A stretch of DNA of 64,000 nucleotides from Steroidobacteraceae bacterium (GCA_035943195.1 DASZCK010000183.1:526-64525), one strand, 5' to 3'. Positions 37,141-46,771 are shown, numbered from the stretch's first letter. Translations and numbers: made by a program. Notes: generated by a model not told the origin, from the letters alone.

Positions 37141-38701
37141 TCATAGCCGCCATGATACGCGCGAGGTACCCCGGATCATTGCCGTAGCCGCGCTCAATCA
37201 GTCGCCACGCATTCCGGGTTCCGGTAGCGCGTATTCCTGCATCAACCTGGGTAACGCCTGCGTTGTAGGCCAGAAGCGCCAGCTGCCAGTCGCCGAAGTG
37301 GGTATACAGGTCGCCGAGGAAGCGGGCCGCGGCGTCGGTTTCCAGGGCAACGTTCAGGCGTTCATCGCCATCCGGTGATACCTGCAGTCCATAACGTGTG
37401 GCGGTGCGGGCGATAAACATCCACAGACCCGCACCGCGTTCTTGATCCTTCGCTGCCGGAAGGTTGCGATAACCCGATTCGATCAAGGGCACCGCCAGCA
37501 GCGCCACTGGCAGCGAGCGAGTCGCCATATCCCGAGTCATGGTCGGGCGATACTGCTCCATGCGGGCGCGTGCCGATTGCACAAAGCGGCGTCCATCCTG
37601 GGTGCCGAGGAGCAGATTCAGCTGCTCTGCCACGGCGGCATTCATGACCAGCGGAAATGCCGTGGATTTGCCTGCTGCCTCGACCATGGCATTGGCGTCC
37701 CGCATGGAGATGCGTTGGTCCCTGATGACCGCGCCAACCGCCACTGACACTGATAGCAGGATTGCGAGCAGCGCGGCCGAGGCGGCGAGCGTGATCGACG
37801 CCTTGAGATAGCGCTGCGGGCGGAACAGGGCAGCATGTGTTCGCGCAATCAGTGAGCTGCGGTGACTCCCCGCCATGCCCGTCTGCAGCAAGGATCGTCC
37901 CTGACCGTGGAGAGCGGACTCGACCGCGCGCACCAGGCACTGACAGTAGTCCGAGGCGCAGACCGTGGAGCGTCGCAGCACTGCTTCGTCGCAGGCCAGC
38001 TCCTGCAGCTGCGTCAATTGCCGGGCCAGCAGATGCGCGGCCGGATTGCACAGGAACATGCCGCGCAGAACCTGAAGCAGATAAACCGAGAGGGTATCTC
38101 CCTGGCGGTGGTGCTGTGCCTCGTGGCGAATCGCCATCCTAAGATCCGAAGTGTGGCCAAGGAACGCAATCGGCACAACAATGGCGCTGCGCCACGGCGT
38201 CCAGAACGCAAAGGGAACGGCCGTATTGGAGGCGGCCAGCAGCCACACTCGGCCGACTCGCCGCATGACATGCGCCTCGCGCAGCACTCGCGCTGCTCGG
38301 CGGGCATCGACCACCAGCCATACCAGCCAAACAGCGAGCCCGATCCAAAACAGCCATCGCAGAACCTGCAGTAGACCATCCAGCGACAGGGACGGTCCCG
38401 CCATCAGCATGGATGTCGACAGGTGAAATTCACCGACCGGGAGACTCTGTACGGCGCTCATGCTCGGCGCCGACCACGCCCGAACAATCGGTGGTATCAG
38501 GGATCTCTCAGTGGATAGGGCAGTCCACAGCGGCGCTAGGACCGCGCCCGCCGCGAGCAAGCCGGCAATGTGCCTGAGGTGCCGATAGGACAGTGGGGCG
38601 CGCAAGCGGCGGCTGACGGCCCTGACAGCCGCTATCATCAGCGTCCCAGCGATTATCAGGACGTTCGCGCACAAGTAGACGTTGACCCATCCAAGCGTCA
38701 C
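37103..38701 (-). CDS. BlaR1/MecR1-type M56 membrane metalloprotease fused to a periplasmic MltD-like lytic transglycosylase (SLT) domain
   Basis: 532 aa. TM helices and the zinc motif HEAQH (nt 38111-38125). A final TM helix at aa ~300-325, then the SLT motifs ES (PLIESGYRN), GLWMF and AYNAG. Confidence 0.8.
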   Translation of the reverse strand: MTLGWVNVYLCANVLIIAGTLMIAAVRAVSRRLRAPLSYRHLRHIAGLLAAGAVLAPLWTALSTERSLIPPIVRAWSAPSMSAVQSLPVGEFHLSTSMLMAGPSLSLDGLLQVLRWLFWIGLAVWLVWLVVDARRAARVLREAHVMRRVGRVWLLAASNTAVPFAFWTPWRSAIVVPIAFLGHTSDLRMAIRHEAQHHRQGDTLSVYLLQVLRGMFLCNPAAHLLARQLTQLQELACDEAVLRRSTVCASDYCQCLVRAVESALHGQGRSLLQTGMAGSHRSSLIARTHAALFRPQRYLKASITLAASAALLAILLSVSVAVGAVIRDQRISMRDANAMVEAAGKSTAFPLVMNAAVAEQLNLLLGTQDGRRFVQSARARMEQYRPTMTRDMATRSLPVALLAVPLIESGYRNLPAAKDQERGAGLWMFIARTATRYGLQVSPDGDERLNVALETDAAARFLGDLYTHFGDWQLALLAYNAGVTQVDAGIRATGTRNAWRLIERGYGNDPGYLARIMAAMIILGDPRSPSDL

Positions 38702-39099
38702 GGCTTGGCGACCCGCTTGTTGAGCATTGCCTTGATTTGCGCGAGATCCTCGGCGCTGAGCGAATCGCTGTCCAGCAGTTGGCGCACCACCAGGGAAGGC
38801 GTGCCGTTGAAGACCTCGCGCACCATGTGGTTCAGGCTCATCGCCTGGTATTCATCCTTGGGCAGCACCGCGCCGTAAAGGTGCCCTCGACCGACCCGCT
38901 CACTGTTGAGGTAACCCTTCTGTTCCAGAATGCGAATGATGGTCGAGACACTGGTGTACGCCAGATCACGCTGTGGCAGCAGTTGTTCGCGTACCTGCGC
39001 CACCGTGCAGGGACCCAGATGCCAGATGACGTTCATCATCTCCAGCTCGGTCGCCGTCAGGGGTTTTTCCGGGCGCCTGGCAACGGGCTTGCGTTTCAT
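38698..39099 (-). CDS. BlaI/MecI/CopY-family winged-helix repressor
   Basis: LTATELEMMNVIWHLGPCTVAQVREQL...YTSVSTIIRILEQKGYL. Its stop overlaps the M56 gene start. The start is uncertain: ATG 39099, 39111 or 39114. ATG 39156 is unlikely because it overlaps the divergent gene start. Confidence 0.8.
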   Translation of the reverse strand: MKRKPVARRPEKPLTATELEMMNVIWHLGPCTVAQVREQLLPQRDLAYTSVSTIIRILEQKGYLNSERVGRGHLYGAVLPKDEYQAMSLNHMVREVFNGTPSLVVRQLLDSDSLSAEDLAQIKAMLNKRVAKP

Positions 39100-39115
39100 C
39101 GTGAGTTGCATCATA

Positions 39116-39140
39116 ACTAAGGTATTAGTTGAATTGCAAT
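39116..39140. promoter_or_regulatory. Candidate BlaI operator dyads ACTAA-GGTA-TTAGT and ATTGCAAT
   Basis: These are the only AT-rich palindromes in the ~45-55-bp divergent region between the repressor gene and the amidohydrolase gene. Confidence 0.25.
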
Positions 39141-39154
39141 CGAGGGTGAACTGC

Positions 39155-40408
39155 ATGGATAGCCGCTGGCCATTGCTGGCATTTCTGGCAGCCCAAGTGC
39201 TGTTCTCGTCCGCCTATGCCGATACCACGGTCATCCGCGCCGGCGCGGTGGTGGATCCCGACACCGCAACCCTCGCCCGCGACGAGATGATTCTGATCGA
39301 GGACGGCAGGATCAAGGCGATCGGCCACGATCTGGCCGTGCCGGCTGCGGCGACGGTGATCGATCTGTCGAAGCAGACCGTGCTGCCGGGGCTCATCGAC
39401 GCCCACACGCATCTGCTCGCCAGCATTGATCCGAAGTGGGATCTCGGTGATACCTGGATCATGGCCCTGCAGCGGCGGCCGGGGTTCCGGGCGATTCTTG
39501 GCGCACGCCACGCCAAGGAGGTGCTCGACGCCGGGTTCACCACCGTTCGTGATGTCGGCAACTCCGGCGAGTATCTCGACATGGATCTCGAGAAGGCCAT
39601 CCGCTTCGGTGATACTCCCGGACCGACAATAGTCCCGGCGGGTCGCATCATTGCGCCCTTCGGCGGCCAGTTCCGGGATACCCCGACGGACCCCAAGCTG
39701 GTCATCAATGCCGAGTACTACTTTGCGGATAGCCAGGACGAGATGCGCAAGGCTGTCCGTGAAAACGCCTACTGGGGCGCCAAGGTCATCAAGATCGTCG
39801 TCGATGGACAGCGCTACCAGTATTCCGCGGATGACATCCGGTTCATCGTGGCCGAGGCTGCTCGCGCGGGGCTCAAGGTCGCCGCACACGTACAAACCGA
39901 GACGGGTGCCCGCTCTGCCATTGAGGCCAAGGTCGCCTCGATCGAGCACGGCTGGGTACTCACTGACGAGGACCTGGCTCTGGCGCGCAACAACGCCGTG
40001 GTGCTGGTGAGCACCGATTTCACCGTAAAGCAGCTGCTCGCCAATGGATTTGATGAACAGAACGCCGAGCGGATCCATGCCGCACGCGTGGAGCGTCTGC
40101 GACGCGCCTACCGGGCGGGCGTCAGCGTGGTGTTTGGAACGGACATCATGAACAATCTTCGTCAGTCGCGCGGAGCACAGGCCCTGGAGTACATCAGCAG
40201 TTTCGTCGAGGCAGGCGTCCCGGCCGCGGACATCCTGCGCGCCATGACGACCCGAGCGGCAAGACTGCTCGATGTGGACAAGGAGCGCGGCAGCCTGAGC
40301 CCGGGCCTCGCCGCCGACATCATTGCGGTGCCAGGCAATCCGCTCGAGGACATTTATACGCTGCAGCACGTCTGCTTCGTCATGCGCAATGGGGTCGTCG
40401 ACCGCTGA
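39155..40408 (+). CDS. Secreted amidohydrolase-superfamily metal-dependent hydrolase
   Basis: Start at ATG 39155. Signal peptide LLAFLAAQVLFSSAYA, the HxH motif (GLIDAHTHL), and a later AAH/EH pattern typical of the family. Confidence 0.85.
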   Translation: MDSRWPLLAFLAAQVLFSSAYADTTVIRAGAVVDPDTATLARDEMILIEDGRIKAIGHDLAVPAAATVIDLSKQTVLPGLIDAHTHLLASIDPKWDLGDTWIMALQRRPGFRAILGARHAKEVLDAGFTTVRDVGNSGEYLDMDLEKAIRFGDTPGPTIVPAGRIIAPFGGQFRDTPTDPKLVINAEYYFADSQDEMRKAVRENAYWGAKVIKIVVDGQRYQYSADDIRFIVAEAARAGLKVAAHVQTETGARSAIEAKVASIEHGWVLTDEDLALARNNAVVLVSTDFTVKQLLANGFDEQNAERIHAARVERLRRAYRAGVSVVFGTDIMNNLRQSRGAQALEYISSFVEAGVPAADILRAMTTRAARLLDVDKERGSLSPGLAADIIAVPGNPLEDIYTLQHVCFVMRNGVVDR

Positions 40409-40429
40409 TACTGCCAGATTCTGGCAGTA
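40409..40429. terminator. Perfect hairpin TACTGCCAG-ATT-CTGGCAGTA immediately after the amidohydrolase stop
   Basis: 9-bp stem and 3-nt loop. There is no T-run, so it could instead be a protein-binding palindrome. Confidence 0.35.
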
Positions 40430-40608
40430 CGACTGCCCACCTCAACTGGGCCATGATGACCGGAGCCATCGAAAAGCGCCGTGACTTCCTCGCCTACTGC
40501 GACATCCATACCAAACGCCCAGCCAATCTGCGCGCGCAGGCGCAGGTCACGCAGCTCATGGCACGGCCGGCGTCACTGGCTGTCGGCTGAGTCCGGCGAA
40601 TCGCGGGG

Positions 40609-41496
40609 CTAAGCTGCACCCAGGAAATGGTAGCGATAGACGTTCCCCTCGCGCAGGACTCGGCCCGCCGAGGGGTCACGGAAGTGCGCGGGAAAGCACA
40701 CGAGGTTCTCGTCGATGGCCCGGTTGATGGTCCGCAGGCGAGTCTCGCGGGCCATTTGCGGGTCCCCGTCGAACGACATCGTCAGATCGGGGCGCACCAG
40801 CTGTATCGGATGGTGGAGCACATCGCCCCAGAAAATCGCACGTTCGCCACCACATTCGGCCAGCACCGAAAAATTCCCGGGCGAGTGTCCGAATGCCGGC
40901 TCAAGCCAGATGCCGTCACCGATCTGCCGATGGATGACCTTGTTCTCTTCGATCAACTCTGCCTTACCCGCCTCGTAGACCGGGAATACCGAATCACGAA
41001 AGGCGCGCACATGGTCACTCTCCTCTTCCTGCGTCCCAAAATGCTCGAAATCGCGACGTGAGAACAGGTAGCGGGCATTGGCGAACGTCGGCACCCACTT
41101 CCCGTTCTCCAGTCGCGTATTCCAGCCCACGTGGTCGAAATGCAGATGCGTGCACAAGACGAGGTCAATGTCGTGCGTGCTCAAGTCCAGCTTGGCGAGA
41201 TTCTCGATATAGGGCGTCTGTGCCTGGTTGACGTCCGGGATCGAGCGCCGCTTGTGGTTGCCGTTGCATGCATCGATCAGCACGGTGAGACCGTCGAGCC
41301 GTAGCACGTAACTGTGCATGCTCATCATGAAGGCCGACTGTTCGGCAGTCGGCCCCAGGGTGTCATCTTGGTACCAGGTGGCCAGATGTGCCAGGTCCGC
41401 AGGGCGGATCCCCGGGACGATCAGGGGCATGGGCGGCCCGCTTTCCATCTCGAATACCTTCTGAACAGTCATGCGCCCCAGAGTTACCTGCCTCAT
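40609..41496 (-). CDS. MBL-fold metallo-hydrolase (lactonase-like)
   Basis: 295 aa with HLHFDHVG (HxHxDH) and downstream His/Asp ligands. GAGG lies 7 nt upstream of ATG 41496, only 10 nt after the kinase stop. Confidence 0.85.
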   Translation of the reverse strand: MRQVTLGRMTVQKVFEMESGPPMPLIVPGIRPADLAHLATWYQDDTLGPTAEQSAFMMSMHSYVLRLDGLTVLIDACNGNHKRRSIPDVNQAQTPYIENLAKLDLSTHDIDLVLCTHLHFDHVGWNTRLENGKWVPTFANARYLFSRRDFEHFGTQEEESDHVRAFRDSVFPVYEAGKAELIEENKVIHRQIGDGIWLEPAFGHSPGNFSVLAECGGERAIFWGDVLHHPIQLVRPDLTMSFDGDPQMARETRLRTINRAIDENLVCFPAHFRDPSAGRVLREGNVYRYHFLGAA

Positions 41497-41506
41497 CCGC
41501 TACCTC

Positions 41507-44344
41507 TCAGGTCAATGTGCTCCGCGACTCCCAGCTTCGTGCCAAGGCCTCCCGTAACTCGCGTAATCGGGCGGGCTTGCTCAAGACGCGATCCACATGC
41601 GGTGGAACGTCACCTTCAGCAGAGAGCCGGTGGCCCCAGCCGGTCAGCAACAGCACGATGGTGTCGGGCGCCGTCGTCTTCACCGCACTGGCGACCTTGC
41701 GCCCATCGACGTAAGGCATGCCCAGATCGGTAATCACCACGGGGAAGGTATTTCCAGCTCTATGGGATGCAAGGAAGGCGTCAATCCCTGCCTGCCCGCC
41801 ATCCATGCTGGTGACGGTGTGACCGTCCGCCTGCAAGGTATCCACTAGCGACTTGAGCACCAACGGGTCATCGTCCACGATCAAAATACGCATGGGTGGT
41901 ACCACGACGGGGCTGCCCGACGGCGCATCACCCGCAGTTGGCGTGGGCGGTATCGGGAAGCGCAGGCGCATGGTGGTACCCTTGCCGACCGCGCTCTCGA
42001 TCTCAATCTCGGCGCTGTGACGCTGCACCGTCCCATACACCATGGCCAGACCGAGCCCCGTGCCACGCTCGCCCTTGGTGGTGAAGAATGGTTCGAGACA
42101 TTTGCGTCGCGTCTCCTCATCCATTCCCACCCCGCTATCAATGACCTCCAGGCACACGTACCTGCGCGCTTCCGAATCCGCCAAATCAGTGCCCCCGTCC
42201 TGCACCACGGATGTCCGCAGGGTCAACGGACCGCCGCCGGGCATCGCATCGACGGCGTTGAAGATGAGATTGGTGAGCGCTTCGCGAATTTCGTTGTCGG
42301 CGCCCATGATCTGGGGCAGCCCCTGTGCAAAATCAGTGCGCATCTCGATGACAATGCCGCGCCGCTGCGCCATGTCGCTCCATCGGGCGCGGGTGAGATC
42401 GACCACCTGCTGCGCCAGGTTGTTCATGTCGACCGCCCGCAGTGTCATCTGCGGCTCTCGCTGCCGGTAGAACTCGCGCATGCGTGAGACGGTTTGCGCG
42501 ACATCTCCGACGGCGCGCAGGATAGTTTCGAGGTGGCTGCGCGCCCGGGGACTCAAGTCCGGTTCCTGCTCCAGCAACGTTTCGGCGTAGAGCGACATCG
42601 GTGAGATCGCATTATTGATGTCATGGGCGATACCGCTCGCCATCTGGCCCAGTGCGAGCAGCCGTTCCTGTTGCAGGACCGCCTTCTGCGTCAGCCGCAG
42701 GTCATCGTAGGCCTGTTGCAAGGCGCTGTAGAGCTGCGCCTGATGGGCCGCCAGGGCGACATGCTCGCTCGATTGCTTGAGGAACTCGCACTCGCCACTG
42801 CTGAAGCTGCGCGGTTGCTGACGCGCGGCGATGAGTACGCCAAACACCTTGCTCTCGACCAGCAAGGGGGCCGCCACCATCGCCTTGAGCCCCCCCTTCG
42901 CCAGCCGCCGAGGGAAGGGAAACGGAACCTCACCGATATCGGGCTCGTATACCAGCCGACCGCGCACGCACTGCGACAGGCCATTCTCGTCAATCGCGAT
43001 ACGCGCTTGCGCCGTCATGGCAATCTCGATCGCCAGCGATTCGCTGCGCCGGCCCACGCTCGAGACCGTCAATCCATTCTCGGCAGGCTCGTACAGGCAT
43101 ATGCAACAGAAGTCCAAGGGCAACTCGTCTTCAAGGGTGCGGATGACCACCTGGAAAATGCTCTGCGTATCCTGGCGTTCGCCGATGGCCCGCGTGATCT
43201 GCTGCAACAGACTCAATCGCGCCAGCTGCGCCTGTACCTTGCGCTCGGCGAGCCGGCGGTCAGAAATATCGCGGGCGATTTTGGATGCGCCAACAATGGC
43301 GCCATGACTGTCCCGAATGGGCGAAATGGTCACCGATACGTCAATCGGCTGACCATCCTTTCCCACGCGCACCGTCTCGAAATGCTCGGTTGCTTCACCG
43401 CGGGCGATTCGCGCGAGAATGGCAGGTTCCTCTGCCGAACGCTCCGGGGGGATGATCAGCGTAGTGGGTTTTCCTACTGCCTCCGCCTCCAAATAGCCAA
43501 AGAGCCGGGTGGCGCCACCGTTCCAGCTGGTGATGATGCCCCCCGGATCCGCACCGATGACGGCATCGTCCGAGAATTCGATGATCGCGGCCAGGCGTGC
43601 GAGCTCGGCCGTGCGCTGCTCAACGCGAAGTTCGAGATGCTCGTTCGCCCCCTGCAGAGCACGCTCGGCCCGCATCCGTCCTGCAAAGTCCCGACGGAGC
43701 GCGAGCAGGGCCAGGGCGACGATGGCGCAGGCGACCAAGGCGCTGGCAAGGATGATCGCCTTGGCCTGGATCGAACTTTCATTCCTTGAGCGCTCACGTT
43801 CCGCCAACAAGGCCGTCTCGGCCGACTCCATCTCATCGATGACGCTGCGAATCTGATCGTGAAACCGCTTGCCCGTCCCGGTAAGAACTTCGTTGCGCGC
43901 CGCCTCGAAACCCTGCGTCCGCCGCAGTTCGACGACATAGCGCAAATTCTCGAGCCGCTCCCGAGCGAGCGCGGTCACGGTGTCGAGCCGGTGCTGCTGG
44001 GCAGGGTTGTCAACGATCAGTCGGCGCAGCAGCTCGCCATCGGTACCAACAAGCTGTGCCGATTTCCGATACGGCTCGAGGTAGCCCTCGTCACCCGTGA
44101 TTACATAGCCGCGCTCTGCGGTTTCCGAATCCGTGGCCGCCGCCAACAGCAGTTCCAGGCGGATCAGGACCTCATGGGTGTGGGCAACCCACGCGGCGTT
44201 TTGGTTCAGTCGACGGACGCTGTCGTAAGAGACCAGGGCAACGACGCCCAGGCATGCCAGCGCGAAGAAAAACCCAAGCCAGATTTTGCGCTCCGTTGAT
44301 CGCAGCAGCGTAGCGGGGATCTCACGCTCTGCGCCGTCGCTCAT
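41507..44344 (-). CDS. Hybrid sensor histidine kinase: CHASE3 - PAS - GAF - HisKA - HATPase - REC
   Basis: 945 aa. The CHASE3-like periplasmic region is flanked by TM helices. H-box GIAHDINNAISPM, ATPase motifs, and a C-terminal REC (ILIVDDDP...VITDLGMP). Confidence 0.9.
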   Translation of the reverse strand: MSDGAEREIPATLLRSTERKIWLGFFFALACLGVVALVSYDSVRRLNQNAAWVAHTHEVLIRLELLLAAATDSETAERGYVITGDEGYLEPYRKSAQLVGTDGELLRRLIVDNPAQQHRLDTVTALARERLENLRYVVELRRTQGFEAARNEVLTGTGKRFHDQIRSVIDEMESAETALLAERERSRNESSIQAKAIILASALVACAIVALALLALRRDFAGRMRAERALQGANEHLELRVEQRTAELARLAAIIEFSDDAVIGADPGGIITSWNGGATRLFGYLEAEAVGKPTTLIIPPERSAEEPAILARIARGEATEHFETVRVGKDGQPIDVSVTISPIRDSHGAIVGASKIARDISDRRLAERKVQAQLARLSLLQQITRAIGERQDTQSIFQVVIRTLEDELPLDFCCICLYEPAENGLTVSSVGRRSESLAIEIAMTAQARIAIDENGLSQCVRGRLVYEPDIGEVPFPFPRRLAKGGLKAMVAAPLLVESKVFGVLIAARQQPRSFSSGECEFLKQSSEHVALAAHQAQLYSALQQAYDDLRLTQKAVLQQERLLALGQMASGIAHDINNAISPMSLYAETLLEQEPDLSPRARSHLETILRAVGDVAQTVSRMREFYRQREPQMTLRAVDMNNLAQQVVDLTRARWSDMAQRRGIVIEMRTDFAQGLPQIMGADNEIREALTNLIFNAVDAMPGGGPLTLRTSVVQDGGTDLADSEARRYVCLEVIDSGVGMDEETRRKCLEPFFTTKGERGTGLGLAMVYGTVQRHSAEIEIESAVGKGTTMRLRFPIPPTPTAGDAPSGSPVVVPPMRILIVDDDPLVLKSLVDTLQADGHTVTSMDGGQAGIDAFLASHRAGNTFPVVITDLGMPYVDGRKVASAVKTTAPDTIVLLLTGWGHRLSAEGDVPPHVDRVLSKPARLRELREALARSWESRSTLT

Positions 44345-44452
44345 CGCCCTGCCCTTCCGCCTCGCCCCGATGCGCGGTATTGTGCCCCCGAAACGACCTT
44401 GCTGCCAGGAAATGCTGTGGGCACGGGGTCGCAGCCCACTCGGGCCCGCGAG

Positions 44453-46771
44453 CTAACTCTGGAACGGGAACTGCCTATCGTTCTCGGCCAACAGCTCAAT
44501 GAGCTGCTTGCTCGGCAAAGGCTGGCTCAGAAAGTACCCTTGAAGATGGTCGCACCCGAGGTCACAAAGTATTTTGAGCTGCTGTTCGGTCTCGACTCCT
44601 TCTGCGACTACCGTCATGCCGATCGCATGTGCCAGGGTGATGATGGTGGACACCAAGGTCGGCCCCAGCGAATCGGTGAACAGGCGTGTCGTGAAGGTCT
44701 TGTCTATCTTGAGCGTATCGATGGGCAGATCCGACAGACGGCTCAGCGAAGAATAGCCGGTTCCAAAGTCATCTATCGCGATCCGAACTCCGGACTCTCG
44801 CAGGGCCTTGAGTTCACGGACAGCGACATCGCTGTCGTCGAGCAATGCACCCTCGGTAATTTCAATATCAAGACTGCCGGCGCCGCACTCGTGGTTCAGC
44901 TGCAGGAATCTCTTGGCGAACTGCGGGTAGCGCAGTTCCCGCGGTGAGACGTTGACGGCAATCCGCACCTTCGGCAGTCCCAGCCGCCGCCAGTTCTGGA
45001 CGTCCTCGGCGGCCTGGCGGATCACCCATTCCCCGACAGTCGCAATCAGGCCGGTCGACTCCAATACGGATAGGAAGGCGGCCGGGGAAACCACGCCCTC
45101 ATCCGGACTGCGCCAGCGAATCAACCCTTCCACGCTGTCGATGCGCCGCGTCCTCGCGTTGAACTCCGGTTGGTAGTGCAGTTCAAACTCTTTGCGCTCG
45201 ATGGCAAGTCGCAGCTTATGCTCCAGAGCCAAGCGGCCGACCACCGCCGACCGCTGGACGTTGCTGAATTGCACCAGGCGATGGCCACCTGCACGGGCAT
45301 CGCCAAGCGCCGCCTCGGCGTTCTGCACCAACACGTCCGCGCTGGTCCCGTCCTCGGGCCCGACCGCGACGCCGGTCTTGATGATCGCCGGGATGGAGCG
45401 CAGCTCAATATCAAACGGGCGGCCAAAAATGGCCCCCAGGCGTTCCTGTAACGTTGCCAGCGGGTCCGACGAGCCAGACGCGCTGCCCAGCGCCACCGCG
45501 AAGGTACCCCCGCCCAGATGCGCCACGAATTCAGTGTGGTGAAAGCCGCTGCGCAGGCGCTCGGACACCAGCTGCAGCAGCCGATCACCGATGTGCCGGC
45601 CGAACGAGTCATTGATGACGCTGAGCTTCTCGATGTCGAATACCGCAACGGCGCAGCGCGCCGCACCGCGCGACCCGGATATCAGCCGGCCGAGGCGGTC
45701 GCAGAACAGACGGCGCTTCGCAAGTCCGGTGTTCGGGTCGAAATACGCCAGGAAGCGCACCTCGTTATCCTTTTGCAGGAACTGCAGCGCGAAGGAGAGG
45801 TTTGCAGCAACCTCGTGCAGCATCGCCAGTTCCTCCTCGATCAGCGCCCTGGAGTCGGGCGCCACCAGGATCAACACTCCCCACACTGTGCTGTCCAGCA
45901 GCAGCGGCAAAGTCACGGCGCGGCGGGAGCTGATGCGCTGGAGCACGAAGTTGAGCGCATCGCCCACGTCCAACTTGGTGGTCTCATCGCAGACCACAAA
46001 CCTGCCTTTGACGATGACCTGGCCAACGATGCTCGTTTCGTTCGGAATTGAAGTAGAAACTGCGGCCCGCAGGCGCTCCACGGTAGCGCGCTCGAGCCCG
46101 TTGCTCGCCACGACGTCGAGTCCCGGGCCATCGGACTGCTTGAGCAAGGCCACGGCGATGGGGTACCCCCCGACCATGACGGCGAGGCGACAGGCTTCAT
46201 TGAACAGCGCGGCACGGTCCCTGATACGTATGACGGCGCCATTTATGCCGCTGAGCATGCGCAAGACGCGAGTCAAACGCGCGATCTGCAATTCCTGACG
46301 CTTGCGTTCCGCGCGGGTTTCGGCGTCGTCCAGTGCCCGCGTGATCGCCGGTACCAGGCGCGCCAAGTTGTGCTTCAGGACATAGTCCAAGGCACCGCGC
46401 TGCAAGGCGTCTATGGCGCACTCTTCGCCGATGGTTCCCGAGACAAAGATGAACGGCACGTCCGGACTCACTTCGCGGACGATCCGCAGCGCGGATAACC
46501 CGTCGAACCCTGGGAGGGTGAAGTCCGACAGCACTACATCCGGGCGAAAGTGCGCGAGCTCGCTGCGCAGTTGCGATTCGTCGGCCACACAGCGCCACTG
46601 CGCGGCAACCCCCGCCTCGCGAACCTGGCGCATGACGAGCTCTGCGTCAATTTCCGCATCTTCGACCAGAAGGATGCGAGTACCGCTGTGTAGACTTCGC
46701 GGAAGTTTTTTTGCTTCAGATGACACGACTTCCTGCCGATCACGCGATCCAGGCTGCACGGACCGCCACAA
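44453..46771 (-). CDS. Response regulator with REC - GAF - degenerate GGDEF (GGGTF) - intact EAL
   Basis: 772-aa ORF with a TTG start; GTG 46726 is an alternative. REC (ILLVEDAEID...VLSDFTLPG). The GGDEF site reads HLGGGTF. EAL motifs are intact: EGLIRW, EITEG, DDFGTGYSS, EGVETEQQ and QGYF. Confidence 0.85.
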   Translation of the reverse strand: MWRSVQPGSRDRQEVVSSEAKKLPRSLHSGTRILLVEDAEIDAELVMRQVREAGVAAQWRCVADESQLRSELAHFRPDVVLSDFTLPGFDGLSALRIVREVSPDVPFIFVSGTIGEECAIDALQRGALDYVLKHNLARLVPAITRALDDAETRAERKRQELQIARLTRVLRMLSGINGAVIRIRDRAALFNEACRLAVMVGGYPIAVALLKQSDGPGLDVVASNGLERATVERLRAAVSTSIPNETSIVGQVIVKGRFVVCDETTKLDVGDALNFVLQRISSRRAVTLPLLLDSTVWGVLILVAPDSRALIEEELAMLHEVAANLSFALQFLQKDNEVRFLAYFDPNTGLAKRRLFCDRLGRLISGSRGAARCAVAVFDIEKLSVINDSFGRHIGDRLLQLVSERLRSGFHHTEFVAHLGGGTFAVALGSASGSSDPLATLQERLGAIFGRPFDIELRSIPAIIKTGVAVGPEDGTSADVLVQNAEAALGDARAGGHRLVQFSNVQRSAVVGRLALEHKLRLAIERKEFELHYQPEFNARTRRIDSVEGLIRWRSPDEGVVSPAAFLSVLESTGLIATVGEWVIRQAAEDVQNWRRLGLPKVRIAVNVSPRELRYPQFAKRFLQLNHECGAGSLDIEITEGALLDDSDVAVRELKALRESGVRIAIDDFGTGYSSLSRLSDLPIDTLKIDKTFTTRLFTDSLGPTLVSTIITLAHAIGMTVVAEGVETEQQLKILCDLGCDHLQGYFLSQPLPSKQLIELLAENDRQFPFQS

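Noticed and set aside
39125-40369. 414-aa minus-strand ORF
   Set aside because: It is antisense to the amidohydrolase, which has a signal peptide and an HxH motif.
42623-43789. 388-aa plus-strand ORF
   Set aside because: It is antisense to the hybrid histidine kinase.
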